Below are positions 13,376-24,927 of a stretch of 64,000 nucleotides of DNA, one piece after another; positions within the stretch are counted from its first letter, which is position 1; each line of letters begins with the position of its first letter. The stretch is taken from the NCBI RefSeq assembly GCF_037042905.1, contig NC_087252.1, positions 25,422,001 through 25,486,000 of the forward strand. Direction: 5' to 3'. A program made the position numbers and the translations under genes. The stretch comes from Lytechinus pictus (Eukaryota). The notes beneath the pieces were generated by a model, which was not told the origin of the DNA, searched no databases, and was given only the letters and a program-made list of their open reading frames with translations.

Positions 13376-13736
13376 ATCCGTAAGAATCCGTAAAAATCCG
13401 TAAGCTCTAATCCGTAAGAATCCTTAAGAATCCGCAAAAATCCGTGAGAATCCGTAAGAATCCGTAAGAATGCGTAAAAATCCGTAAGAATCCGCAAAAA
13501 TCCGTAAGAATCCGCAAAAATCCGTAAGAATCCGCAAAAATCAGTAAGAATCCGTAAAAATCCGTAAGAATCCGCAAAAATCCGTAAGAATCCGTAAAAA
13601 TCCGTAAGAATCCGCAAAAATCCGTAAGAATCCGTAAGCTATAATCCGTAAAAATCCGTAAGAATCCGCAAAAATCCGTAAGAATCCGTAAAAATCCGTA
13701 AAAATTCGTAAGAATCTGTAAAAATCTGTAAGAATC
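13376..13736 (-). repeat. Same 10-bp minisatellite, inverted, right arm
   Basis: AGAATCCGTA / AAAATCCGTA / AGAATCCGCA tandem units; the order of variants differs slightly from the left arm. Confidence 0.95.
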
Positions 13737-13828
13737 AAAGTACCTTCGCGTGCGTTTCATGATTACGTATAATTACAAGGTTGAACGTTAATTTTCTTCA
13801 TTTCCCAACAAATAATCATCGAGTCAGC

Positions 13829-14475
13829 ATGAATACGTTGGATATGTCCAACCGTTACGCTTGTTCACGATGCGATAAAACTTTTAGTAGGAAGTATGAT
13901 ATGCAGAGGCATGAACAAAATGAGCATGATACTGGAGAAGAAACGAGTGAAGATGAAGACTCCGACCCACCCTCTCAAATGCAAAGAATTGAAGAATCCA
14001 ACGATGATTCCGAAACGAGTGTATCAGAAAGCGATGGACACGAATCGTCAATGACAGCAAACATGGAAGAAACTGAAGACAACCTCGCTTATCGAGGATG
14101 GTTAGAGCAAGCCATGACGGCCACCAAGGACTTGAGAGACGAAAATATCAGAAATACATCTCAGAAGGAATGGAAGAAGAAGACGCTAAAGCAAAGGCTC
14201 ACGTGAAACTAATGTGGGCAGTCAAACGCATCTTTTTCGATCTTTACTCTCAGTTCTTGCAGCAGAACGTGTACCTCGAAGACGCTGACATCAATCATGA
14301 AATCGTGTCCGATCTCTCGGAAAGATTAGAGAATGGCATGGAATTCCGGAAAGCCGTACAGAGAGTGTTGGCCAGGCATGGTTCACAATTCGATGGTTTA
14401 TTCCAGTATCAAGGTGACGATGACGATGATGATGGTGGAGAAGAAACGGAGGGTGAAGATGGAGTCTACAACTAA
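13829..14475 (+). pseudogene. C2H2 zinc-finger / acidic / helical protein, right-arm copy with a 1-nt frameshift
   Basis: ATG at 13829, TAA ending 14475 (647 nt). GACGAAAATATC at ~14138-14149 lacks one A relative to the left arm, which splits the ORF into the 13781-14206 and 14098-14475 pieces. Confidence 0.75.
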
Positions 14476-17400
14476 AGGCACAAACATCAGCTTGTCGAAT
14501 AATAATAATCCAAGAAAACGCCGTCAACATAAATGACAGTTTGAACTTCATTGTGTTCATATTTTCTGAATGCCATCCATAGACATGTGTTACAATCCAT
14601 TAAGTTAAGCGAAGCAATAGAAAAACGAGAACTTCACTTTAATATTAACAATGAACAGTTAACAATTAGTTTGTTATTACAACATAATTTGATAACATAA
14701 CTTACATTATTTTACCTTTGTATCAAAATCTGCTGTTTATACAATATCTGAACCTATCTACATTGAAATGGAATAGAATAAATGATAAAAATAAAGAATC
14801 ATCCTTGACTGTATAGTGTTTCATGTTATCACCATCTGTACTGCGGATGAATGAAATTGATTTAAAGGAGTCATCTACTGGTTTCAATATAGTATACTTT
14901 TTGCGAGTCAGAGAGCCGGGCAGTTAAAATGAAAAGTATGGAAATATGAACAAAACAGTATGAAAAAATCAGAGAGTTTTGATGAGGAAAAGTATGGAAT
15001 GAGTAGAGCCTGAGATGTCACTATTATCATGATTATAATCACATGTTGGATTACCAATAATTGTTGTAATAAGAGGCAGAGAGAGAGTCGGTTTTCACCT
15101 AGCTTTCCAATAGGATATCCCAAGCTCAATGACGCGCGTTGGCCGTGCATGGGGTGATTGATTCGTGAACCGCGAGGCACTTGACATATCTGCTGGTAGG
15201 CAGAGAAAGATTTTTTTTTCAATAGGAAACTGTGTAGAAATCATACGTCTGTTTTGTGCATCGTATCCTATACGTGACGATTGCGCCACGGTGGTGCAAT
15301 CCCGATACGGTGCGATAAGGGTAATTCCCTGGGATGACATCACGGTGGTTGCGTCGCTAACACCATTTCATGGTGACGTCATGCGAGGCACTTGACATAT
15401 CCGCTGGTATATAGGCGGAGAAAGATCAATTTTTCAATAGGAAACTGTGCAGAAATCTTACGTCTGTTTTGTGCATCGTATCCTATACGAGACGATTGCG
15501 CCACGGTGGTGCAATACCGGGTAAAGGGTAATTCCCTGGGATATGACATCACGGTGCTTGCGTAACTGGTGACGTCATACGAGGCGCTTGACATATCCGC
15601 TGTAGGCGGAGAATGATAACTTTTAAGATAAGAAACTGTATAGATGTCTTTTTGTGCATCGTATGATATGCCCGTGCAACGTCGCTGCATCGTGTGATAA
15701 GGTCGACCAGAAGTCATCCATACGCGGCGATGACGCAACGGTGGTGCAATACCGTAGGGTGTAATAAGGGTAATTCTATGACATCACGGTGGTTGCGTAA
15801 CTGTGTCGTAATACCATTTCATGGTGACATGGCTGACCGGAAGTCTGGGTCAACCCATCGGGTCGTGTGGTCAAAGGCTGACCAGGGTAAAGTTCATGCG
15901 GTCAAAGGCTGACCGGGCTTAAGGTCAAAGGCTGACAGGCTAAAGGTCAAAGGCTGACCGGACTAAAGGTCATGGCTGACCGGGCTAAAGGTCAAAGGCT
16001 GACCGGGCTAAAGGTCATGGCTGACCAGGTTAAAGGTCATGGGTCAAAGGTCGTGGCTGACCGGGCTAAAGGTCATGGCTGACCAGGTTAAAGGTCATGG
16101 GTCAAAGGTCGTGGCTGACCGGGTCAAAGGTCAAAGGCTGACCGGCCTAAAGGTCATTTGGTCAAAGGTCGTGGCTGACCGGGTCAAAGGTCAATTAGGA
16201 TGAGGTCTAACCTATAACTACTATACAACGATGAGTAAATTCAAATCGCGACTTGAGAATCAGTGTATTCGATTGGAAGTCTTCTTCGATCCACGATACT
16301 AGGCGTGATTAGGAACGATACAAAACAGGACATCAACAGTAAGAAATCTATAATTCATTTTAATGTACATGAGTTATCCCTCAAAAGATACTGTCTGTAA
16401 GAGATGTCCAAACTTCTGTACCTAAATTAGACAATTGATTGTAACGATATTCTAAAATCTGTTGGCATGCTATAACAATAGTACTGAACTGATGTCAACT
16501 TCTAAACACTTTAATTTTACAATGTAAAAAATATATATAATACAAAAGTAATAATCTCATTTTTTTTTTTCTTCAGTGAAATTATAAATCACATACACAT
16601 GTAGGCCTGCAGAGATGTTATGCCTCAAAATATTGGCCAAAATGTTTACAATACTTTCAATTTCCAGGCATCATATGCCTAAATCATTTCATTAATATCA
16701 TGGATAATAGACTGTTTTAATGTAAAAAAAAAATTAAACATGATTAAAACATTTTTCCGCACAGCTTTATAGTCGCAAAAATTATAATTGGCCTACAAGG
16801 TGTACGTGTCACAGATTTGGTTTTTTTTTCTATTTTACTGATATGGCTCAGAAGACATAGGAAGCTAATATACCCACATCATGACTTAAGATTTCGATTA
16901 TGCAAAAAAAAAATCCATTGTTGCATTTATCACCTTAATCGAAGAAAATTGTACGTTCGATATGTTGAGACTTTCGATAAAAGATAAATGAATAAACGTC
17001 ACTACAATCATATTTATAGACTTTTCTTTTTATTTTTTTTAAGGAGAGTAAGATACTCGGCTTCTATACTTATTCATGAATCTCCTTTTAAAATATAAAA
17101 AAATGAACATGCCATTTGTTTTCTCTTGTATTTCAAATTTGCATCCTTGCTATGATAAATATCTCGACTGAGGTAACATAAGTTTTTTTTATCACTAAAC
17201 ACTTCCACGTTTGATATTCTTTGGAAATATACACTACATGATTCCATACTTGTAAAATGAACACGAAGAATCATTTTATCACTGCAGTCATCCTGCTGCT
17301 GTTTTAGTGATAAACTTGTAAACGGGTTTTTTATATGCTATTTGAGCATGGATAGATTTTTCTATTCTCCTTTGGAAATATAGAGTAAACATCGCTGTCA

Positions 17401-19860
17401 TACAAATACTAAATTATTTTTTGCTTAAGGGATAAGAAAGCTTATTCAGTGCATGATTTCAGTTTCAATAATACATGACTTTGCGGAAGGGTAAAATTTT
17501 CTCCTGCAATAGATCCATGAATAAAACCATATTGTGATAGGCGATGTTGCGTGTTGGCATGTTTGAGATTTTCTTTTTCGAAAAAACAAACAAACATAAG
17601 AATGAGTTTCGAATATGAAAAAAAAAATGTAGGCCTATCTCAAAAATAAAATGACCAAACATGTAAACACTACACTCTTTATACTTTGATTACACAAAAA
17701 AGTTTGAATTTGTATATCTAGGCATTATTTTGCCTGTGGTTATTGTCAACGTATACCATGTAAACATGTTTGGATATCTTCTATCTTGTTTTCTTGAATA
17801 AAGAAATTGAGCAAATTTTATTGTCACTTGACACATCAACTTTTCATATTCTGCGAAAAAGTAACTCCTCGCATATACATACATACACTGCGTGATTTTC
17901 TTTTTTTTCCAAAAATGCTGAGTTGACGTAAGTCTTGCATTAATTTTCTCATATGCAAATGAAGTAATTCATTAAGATGAAGCTCAACGTGATAATATTG
18001 CATATGACCTGATCTTGTACACGATGCCTTTATAATTCCGTTGTCTGTTTGTTTGTTTGTTATTAACCGAAATCTTTTCCATACTCTCCTCCGAAGTTTT
18101 ATGATGTTAAAATCGTATTTTCTTCGATTTTTTTTTCTTTTTTTCTAGAACAGGTTGCCTTACAAACACATTCCTATACAAATATCGCTATTTATATTAT
18201 GGTCATTGCGAATGAGTTTATAAATACGATTGTATTTTCAACTCCACCTTGCCATTTTCAGAGCTAATGTTGGGTCTCATTTGGTAAATAGAAAACCCAG
18301 TGTAATTAGGGATCTCATTATTGTATCTTCGATACAAAACACGTCTATGCATTTTGCTTTTTATCTCTTTATATTCCACATCAAACCATTTGTAATGCTT
18401 TGGTTGTTCAAGTGCACTGCAAAATTCCTAATACCTTTTTTTTCGATTATCATTATAATACATGCAGTATTTGATGAATAGGCTACAATTACAGCACGTG
18501 AATGTGTCGGATTCCTATGCAAATATGATACGCGTCTTACATGTCATGAAATCCAACACTAAGGAGATCTTGTTATATACGTTGTTCCCCTGCTTTTATT
18601 ATGTAAAAGGAAAATATTTCTATCATCCTTGGTTTACATGCGCATTTCTACATTATACCAATGCGAATGAGATTATTCAGCTGTTACATCTTAAAATCGA
18701 CTTGCCCTTTTCAGAGTCAAAATTCCTCATTTGGTACAGGGTCCATTTCTATTTGCCCTATTTTAACATAAATTCCTGCATGACAGGGATCTCATATAAT
18801 TGCGTCTCCGATACATTATACGTTTCGTCACCTCTGCTTGCTATGCATTTTTTTCTTTATTTCTTCCCATTTTAAATCAAACCATTCATTGATTATTGTC
18901 AGATGTATTGCAAAAAATCTTAATTGCACTGAGATGACATTATCATCAGTTCTGTTTTTTATGAATAGGTTACAATTTACAGCACGTGAATATGTCGAAT
19001 TCCTATGCAAATGAGGATCTTTAATGCTCGTTCCTATACACTACTATGCTTAATAGAATCCTTGTTTTACCATTCATTGACCCCTACTTCCATTTTGTAC
19101 ATCAAATGTTAACTGATATTGCTCGTTACATTCTCTACCATCTGTTGCTTTACATTCCAACCACACTAATTTGTCAATGACATCTTTTTCTTCTTTTTTT
19201 CTAAAAGGGCAGGATTTATTTTTTTCCATTCCAAAATGCTGTTTGACGCCAGTTTAAGAATGCACATGATTATTATATTCCTTATTCGTCATCATGAATC
19301 TGATTACATCATGTGCATCTATTGTATGGGTTTTTATGTACTGGTATTAGTTCCATCAGCGTCTATAAATTTCTTCCACATGATTGCTTATATATCTACT
19401 TTGCCTCCCAAAATGTTCTTCCGAGGCTCCAGTAAGCTGTGATTTACATATACATATATTTTGCTTTAACACTACCTTTTCTCCATGATATATCTTCTGT
19501 TATTCAAGGTATAATGATGTCATGAAACGATAGAAAAGTATATTTCTAATCTAATTACTGTTTTCTATCAATTCAAAAATATTTTTAATTATCTTTTCAT
19601 CCTCATAGTTTTACACGAAAATTAGGAAATTAAAACTATATCAATAGATTCATAGACGTTTAAAACCTTTTTTTATGACAATGATTAATCTATGCACCGG
19701 CCCCGAGTCTGTCAGATCGTCACGCAAAGGTGAACATGTATACGGACTCTTTATTCATTGCTTTTAGCCTACACCTCTTGCACACACCGAGCACTATTTT
19801 GGTTACTTCTTCAACTCGCCATATGCCAAACATTGTTCTTTCATGCTTGATTCAACAGAT

Positions 19861-20030
19861 TAATACCTTGGTCACATTTGTTCTACGGCGGCCGTACGGC
19901 GAGTCGAAAACAGCCATTTCAAAATTTTGTTTGTACCAGCTACATATAGGTGGTTTTAGTAAAAATGAATAAAACGGCTGATTTCGACTCGCCGTACGGC
20001 CGCCGTAGATCAAATGTGACCGTGGTATTA
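19861..20030. mobile_element. Small palindromic MITE (~170 bp) at the 5' part of the LINE
   Basis: ~55-bp TIRs: TAATACCTTGGTCACATTTGTTCTACGGCGGCCGTACGGCGAGTCGAAA versus TTTCGACTCGCCGTACGGCCGCCGTAGATCAAATGTGACCGTGGTATTA. Confidence 0.8.
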
Positions 20031-23000
20031 CTGAATGCTGAAATCTTTTCACCCCAAAGTAAACACTATACTGCAAACGAATTCAATAATGCTTTCAACA
20101 AAACAGTTCCAAATTCTATTCCAGATTACTTTAGTTTAATGCACGTAAATATAAGAAGTTTACATAAAAATTTTGATACGCTTTGCGAACTTTTATCCAT
20201 TCTTGATACATTTCCATTTTCTATCATTGGCCTCACAGAGACTTGGTTGGATTCAACGTCACCTCCCATTCTCAATATCGATAACTACAAATTTCTCCAC
20301 ATTGATCGTAAAATTGGTAAGGGGGGGGGGGGGTGGTGTCGCTTTCTATATTCATAATGATTTTAATTTCAAATTAAGACATGATATTGAGCTGAAAAAT
20401 ATAGAATCCTTATTCATAGAATAAAATAAAAATAAAATAATCGGTGTTATTTATAGACCCCCAATCAGTTTAGCTGAAACATTTTAAAATGAATTGGAAG
20501 CCATTCTTGATTCAATTTCGCGTGAAAACAAAGATATTTAGATCATGGGTGACTTTAACATTGATCTATCATTTCCCTACAATACAATCGCTCAACATTT
20601 TACAAATCTATTATCATCTTTTGGACTTCAACATCTTATAAATAAACCCACTAGAATTACAAACGTATCCAATACAATACTTGATAATATTTTTTCTAAC
20701 GCACTTGATAATAACAATAATGGAATAATTTACTATGACATTTCAAAACATCTGCCTATTTTTGCAATGTATCCAAACGATAAACGCTAACTCAAGGCTA
20801 CTGACAAATCGAACACTATGCGAAGGAAAGAAACCCATCGTAATATTGAGTCATTGAAGGCAGATTTGGCTGAAGAATCTTGGCAAGATATTTATCTTGA
20901 ACATAATGTTAATTACTCTTATGAAAGATTTTTTGACAAACTTCTTTATTATTACGAAAAAATGTGCCATTGATAAAAATCAAATCGAATAAAAAGAAGA
21001 GCAAACAACCTTGGATTACCCAAAGTATAATCAAATCCATATTTACTAGAAATAGATTATATAAGATATCAATTAAATCGCCTACAACTGAAAATATAAA
21101 TAAATACAAAAAATACCGCAATAAATTAACATCAGTTATACGCCAAGCTCGAAAATCCTACTTTTCTGATAAAATTGAAAATAATAAAGATAATAATTAT
21201 ACATTATGGAAATCTATAAAAGAAATATTCGGTAAAAAAAGGGAAACATGTGGTAACGTTAATTTCGTAGACAATGGTCAACAAATGCAAGACCCCTTTG
21301 ATGTTGCTAATGCATTTAATAATTTCTTCAATAATATTGGCCCAAAACTAGCTTAAAAAATAACATCTAATGATGATGACTTTTCTGTATATTTAAACGA
21401 TTTTCCAGAACATTCTTTATTTTTTAATCCAACAAATACTAACGAGATTTTAGAAATTCTTGTGGTATTTTTCCCGATCTACTGAAAATTGCAAAAATAA
21501 TTCCAATATATAAAAAAGATGATCCATGTCTTATATCAAACTATCGTCCAATTTCTTTATTACCGGGTATCTCTAAAATACTTGAGAGAATAGTTTACAA
21601 ACGTTTATATTCTTTTTTGAACAGCAATAATTTACTGATTCCTAATTAATATGGTTTCAGAGATAATCATTCAACGGACCTTGCACTTTTGCAATTATGT
21701 GACAAAATTTCCGATTCTTTATCTAAAAAGGAACACACTGTTGGTGTTTTTATGGATTTGTCGAAAGCATTCGATACCATGGATCATCGCATTTTACTTT
21801 GTAAATTAATGAAATATGGAGTTATGGTGTGGTTCTCGCTTGGTTTAAAGATTACTTAAGCAATCGACGCCATTATGTTTGTTTTAAATCTAAATCATCT
21901 AATATTTGCACTTTGAAATGTGGAGTACCACAAGGATCTATTCTAGGTCCCTTGTTATTTTTGATATATATAAATGACATTGTGAATGCATCTAGAAAAT
22001 TAACGTTTGTTTTATTTGCAGATGATAAAAATGTATTTTATTCACACAAAAACTTTAATATACATGTTCCAACACTTAATTTGGAATTGAAGAAATTATC
22101 AATGTGGTTTAGAGCTAATAAGCTCTATTTAAATATAAACAAAACAAATTTTATGTACTTTCAACACATTCAAAGTAAACACTTTTTCAACAACATTTTT
22201 ATAGATGATATTCCCATCACGGAAAAACAAGAAACCACATTTTTAGGAGTTTTGATTGATTCAAATTTGACTTGGAACAGTCACATTCGCAATATTTGTA
22301 TGTTGACATCCAGAGGGATAGGGATCTTATTTAGATTGAAATATTATATCTCAAAAAGTCATTATTTATGCTTTACAATTCATTCATATTATCCCACTTA
22401 TCTTACTGCAACATTGTTTGGGGGTATAGTAGTAAGTCGAGAATTAAAACGACATTCCGTCTTTAAAAAAAAAGCACTTCGCATCTGTACACTTTCACAT
22501 TACATTGCACACACTAATCCAATATTTCACAACTTAAAGACATTGAAAATTGAGGATATTAACACATACCAAATAGCCATATTTATGTTTAAATTTTCCA
22601 CAAATACCATTCCAATTCCATTTCGCATTTTTTTAATCTATAACAAAGACATACATCCTTATCCAACGCGTCATTCATTAGATATCCACCTAACCAACCC
22701 CAGAATCTTACTCACTCATAAAACAATTCGCCACCATGGTCCAGATATTTGGAATGCCTTGCCACATAACATCAAACAGTCCGCGTCTCTTATTTCTTTT
22801 AAAGCTTCATTGAAAAAGTTTCTTATTTCTAAGTATTCTTAAATGTATCACCTGCACTCACCCACTAGCACTCACTCGCACTTAAAAAAAACCTTATCTT
22901 GTCTCTCCCCATTAAATATCTAAACTTTTATGCTTTCTCTTTTGTGACATCATTTTATCGAATTCTATTTATAACCTATTACGGTTCCCATGTAGCCCTC

Positions 23001-23232
23001 CCTCATGGCTGCTATTGTTTCAAGCAGTTACCTGCTTATTATAGCTGGCCCCTGCATTTTTTACCCACTTTACCAGTTTACATGCTTCATTTATGTATTT
23101 TTCAGCCTTATTTATTCATATTTTCGATTGTCACACAAAAAAATGTACTCATTTATGTCATTGTTATTGTATCATTCTATTTTCATTTGTTGATTTATGA
23201 ATAAAATGCAGATACTCCTGCAAAAAAAAAAT
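20031..23232 (+). mobile_element. Decayed CR1/L2-clade LINE ORF2 (APE endonuclease + reverse transcriptase), with frameshifts and stops
   Basis: APE motifs HVNIRSL, IIGLTETWL, GGGV, MGDFNIDL, PTR and ILDNIF; KQPWIT linker; RT motifs WFKDYLSNR, GVPQGSILGPLLFLIYIND and LFADD. Stop at 22842. AATAAA at ~23200 and an A-tract at ~23222; the 3' boundary is approximate. Confidence 0.9.
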
Positions 23233-24032
23233 AAAGAAAACAAATCTGATTAAGTAGGCGAAGGAAACAATTGCAATGTAATATTCCTCTTTTGCAAATC
23301 ATTAGAATAAAAAACATCCATATTTCCCACATAAATGTTTATATCAACTTAAAGCAAAAACTAAATAAAATAAAGAAGCACATACACTGTTCAAAATCCC
23401 TGCACCAAATTTTAGACATACTGGGCACAAATATCGCAAATAAAATGCTTCAAAATCAAGGAATGTTCTGTACAATGTCAGTCAGTAAGCCTTATTAACT
23501 GCGGCGAATACATAAAAAGTTGCAATTAGATTTTCTAGCCTTGCACAATTTGCTTGATTTTTTTTCTTACAATGAAATGCCTTTTATGGATTTTGTTTAT
23601 AGTAATATAAATAGAATGAAATAAGTGTTCTTTACAAATAGTCCACTGGTAGTTAATTTGTCTAAATTTAGGAATATTATTCAAAATATGTATTTTTTCT
23701 TCAATTATCAAATGAAATAGTTTGTTGTAGTGTTTTTTCTGCTCTGATTCACCTTGACCATATAGAATAAAATGTCAGATCTGGATAAATGGTCTAGTAT
23801 GTAAAAAAAAATCCACAATGGATTCCATAAATTGATTCTGGAAATGGCTGCTAATACTTAAAGCGGACATGGATTGTTTCGTTTTGGCCTGGGAGATGTG
23901 ACTTTGATGTCTAAGCCACTGCTTTCAAGGGTGAAAAAATAGATTAGGACATGCTTTAAGGTCAGTCAGTGGTCCAGTATAACCGAAAATCCAATATGGC
24001 TTCCAAAAATTGATCCTATAATGGCTGCTGAT

Positions 24033-24927
24033 CATGGGTGTCGATCACGGGGGGGGGGGGGGGAGATAGGGGGATATATCCCCCAATATTTCAAGTGGGG
24101 GGGGGGATGGGGGGATATATCCCCCACCCCCCCCCCCCCCCCCCGTGATCGACACCCATGATCAGCAGCCATTATAGGTTCGTAATTCCGAAGGTTCGTT
24201 AGTCCGAAAAAGAAGTGAGGTTCGTAATTCCGAAGGTTCGTTAATTCGAAAACGAAATGAGGTTCGTAATCCCGAAGGTTCGTTAGTCCGAAAACGAAAT
24301 GATTAACGAATGTTATTTCGTTTTCGGACTAACGTACCTTCGGAACAACAAACCTTATTTCCTTTTCGGATTAACGAACCTTCGGAACATCGAACCTTAT
24401 TTCGTTTTCGCATTATCGAACCTTCGTAATAACGCCACAAATGTTCGGATTAACGAACCCTTTTACGTTTTCGGATTAACGAACATCGAGGTATAGGCAA
24501 TTTGCGTGTTTCGGAATTACGAACCTTCGGAATTACGAAGTGTAACCAATAATTTAGGATAGCAAAATTATAATAATGATGATGAAAAAATGAAAAGTTT
24601 GATCATGATGATTATAGTATGCCATCAATCAGTTTATTTTCCTCGCACTTTGTGTATATTGTTATTAAATAAACAATTTTTGTCATTTTTTCTTTCGTAT
24701 AAGTTTAGAATAGGCTTACTGGTAACACAAATTGAATTTTAAAAAAAAAATATATAAATACAGTACTCTGCAACAATGAAGGAATTTCCAAGAACACCAT
24801 GCATATCAACCACTCCAAAATGTCCTAACTTGTGATTTTAGTGGGGGTAATGTTGAAAGATCCCCATCCACAAGAACATTTGTGTCAATCATCCCCCCCC
24901 CACCAAGAATACCGATCGACACCCATG
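24033..24927. mobile_element. hAT-type MITE with 8-bp TSD
   Basis: CATGGGTGTCGATC ... GATCGACACCCATG TIRs; CTGCTGAT at 24025-24032 and 24928-24935. Confidence 0.8.
24177..24548. mobile_element. Foldback-like MITE built of ~40-bp subrepeats, nested in the hAT MITE; left tip missing
   Basis: GGTTCGTAATTCCGAAGGTTCGTTA repeats in the left half and the inverted TAACGAACCTTCGGAA repeats in the right half; ends GAATTACGAAGTGTAACC. Confidence 0.65.

Larger units (their letters stand above)
10448..16222. mobile_element. Palindromic non-autonomous Polinton/Maverick-derived element (5,775 bp)
   Basis: Starts AGTAGTTATAGGTTAGACC and ends GGTCTAACCTATAACTACT; ATACAA duplicated at 10442-10447 and 16223-16228. 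Arms 10448-13304 and 13376-16222 are near-exact reverse complements. A 6-bp TSD with (AGT)n termini is characteristic of Polintons. Confidence 0.8.

Noticed and set aside
12935..13736. CRISPR-like array
   Set aside because: Contiguous tandem 10-mers with no unique spacers, no cas genes and a eukaryotic context.
12911..13760. ORFs reading GFLRILTDF... on both strands
   Set aside because: Translations of a stop-free 10-bp minisatellite; no evidence of coding.
10448..16222. Pure sequencing or assembly fold-back artefact
   Set aside because: Considered unlikely: the flanks are unique and carry a TSD, there is a unique 71-bp loop, and the arms differ at several positions and in minisatellite order. 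It cannot be fully excluded without reads.
10052..16337. 11-bp direct repeat AGGACATCAAC (10052, 16327) as an outer TSD
   Set aside because: No terminal structure adjoins it, and the 6-bp TSD already explains the insertion.
10390..16400. Signal-peptide exon of the Ig gene split by the palindrome insertion
   Set aside because: Rejoining the flanks gives a hydrophobic stretch (NLLIVVYFPFSLI) near a GTGAG donor, but it has no in-frame Met and has stops on both sides.
18474..19012. ~50-bp degenerate direct repeat (GAATAGG.TACAATT..CAGCACGTGAAT.TGTCG.ATTCCTATGCAAAT) ~485 bp apart
   Set aside because: Short and diverged, with no ends or TSD to define an element.
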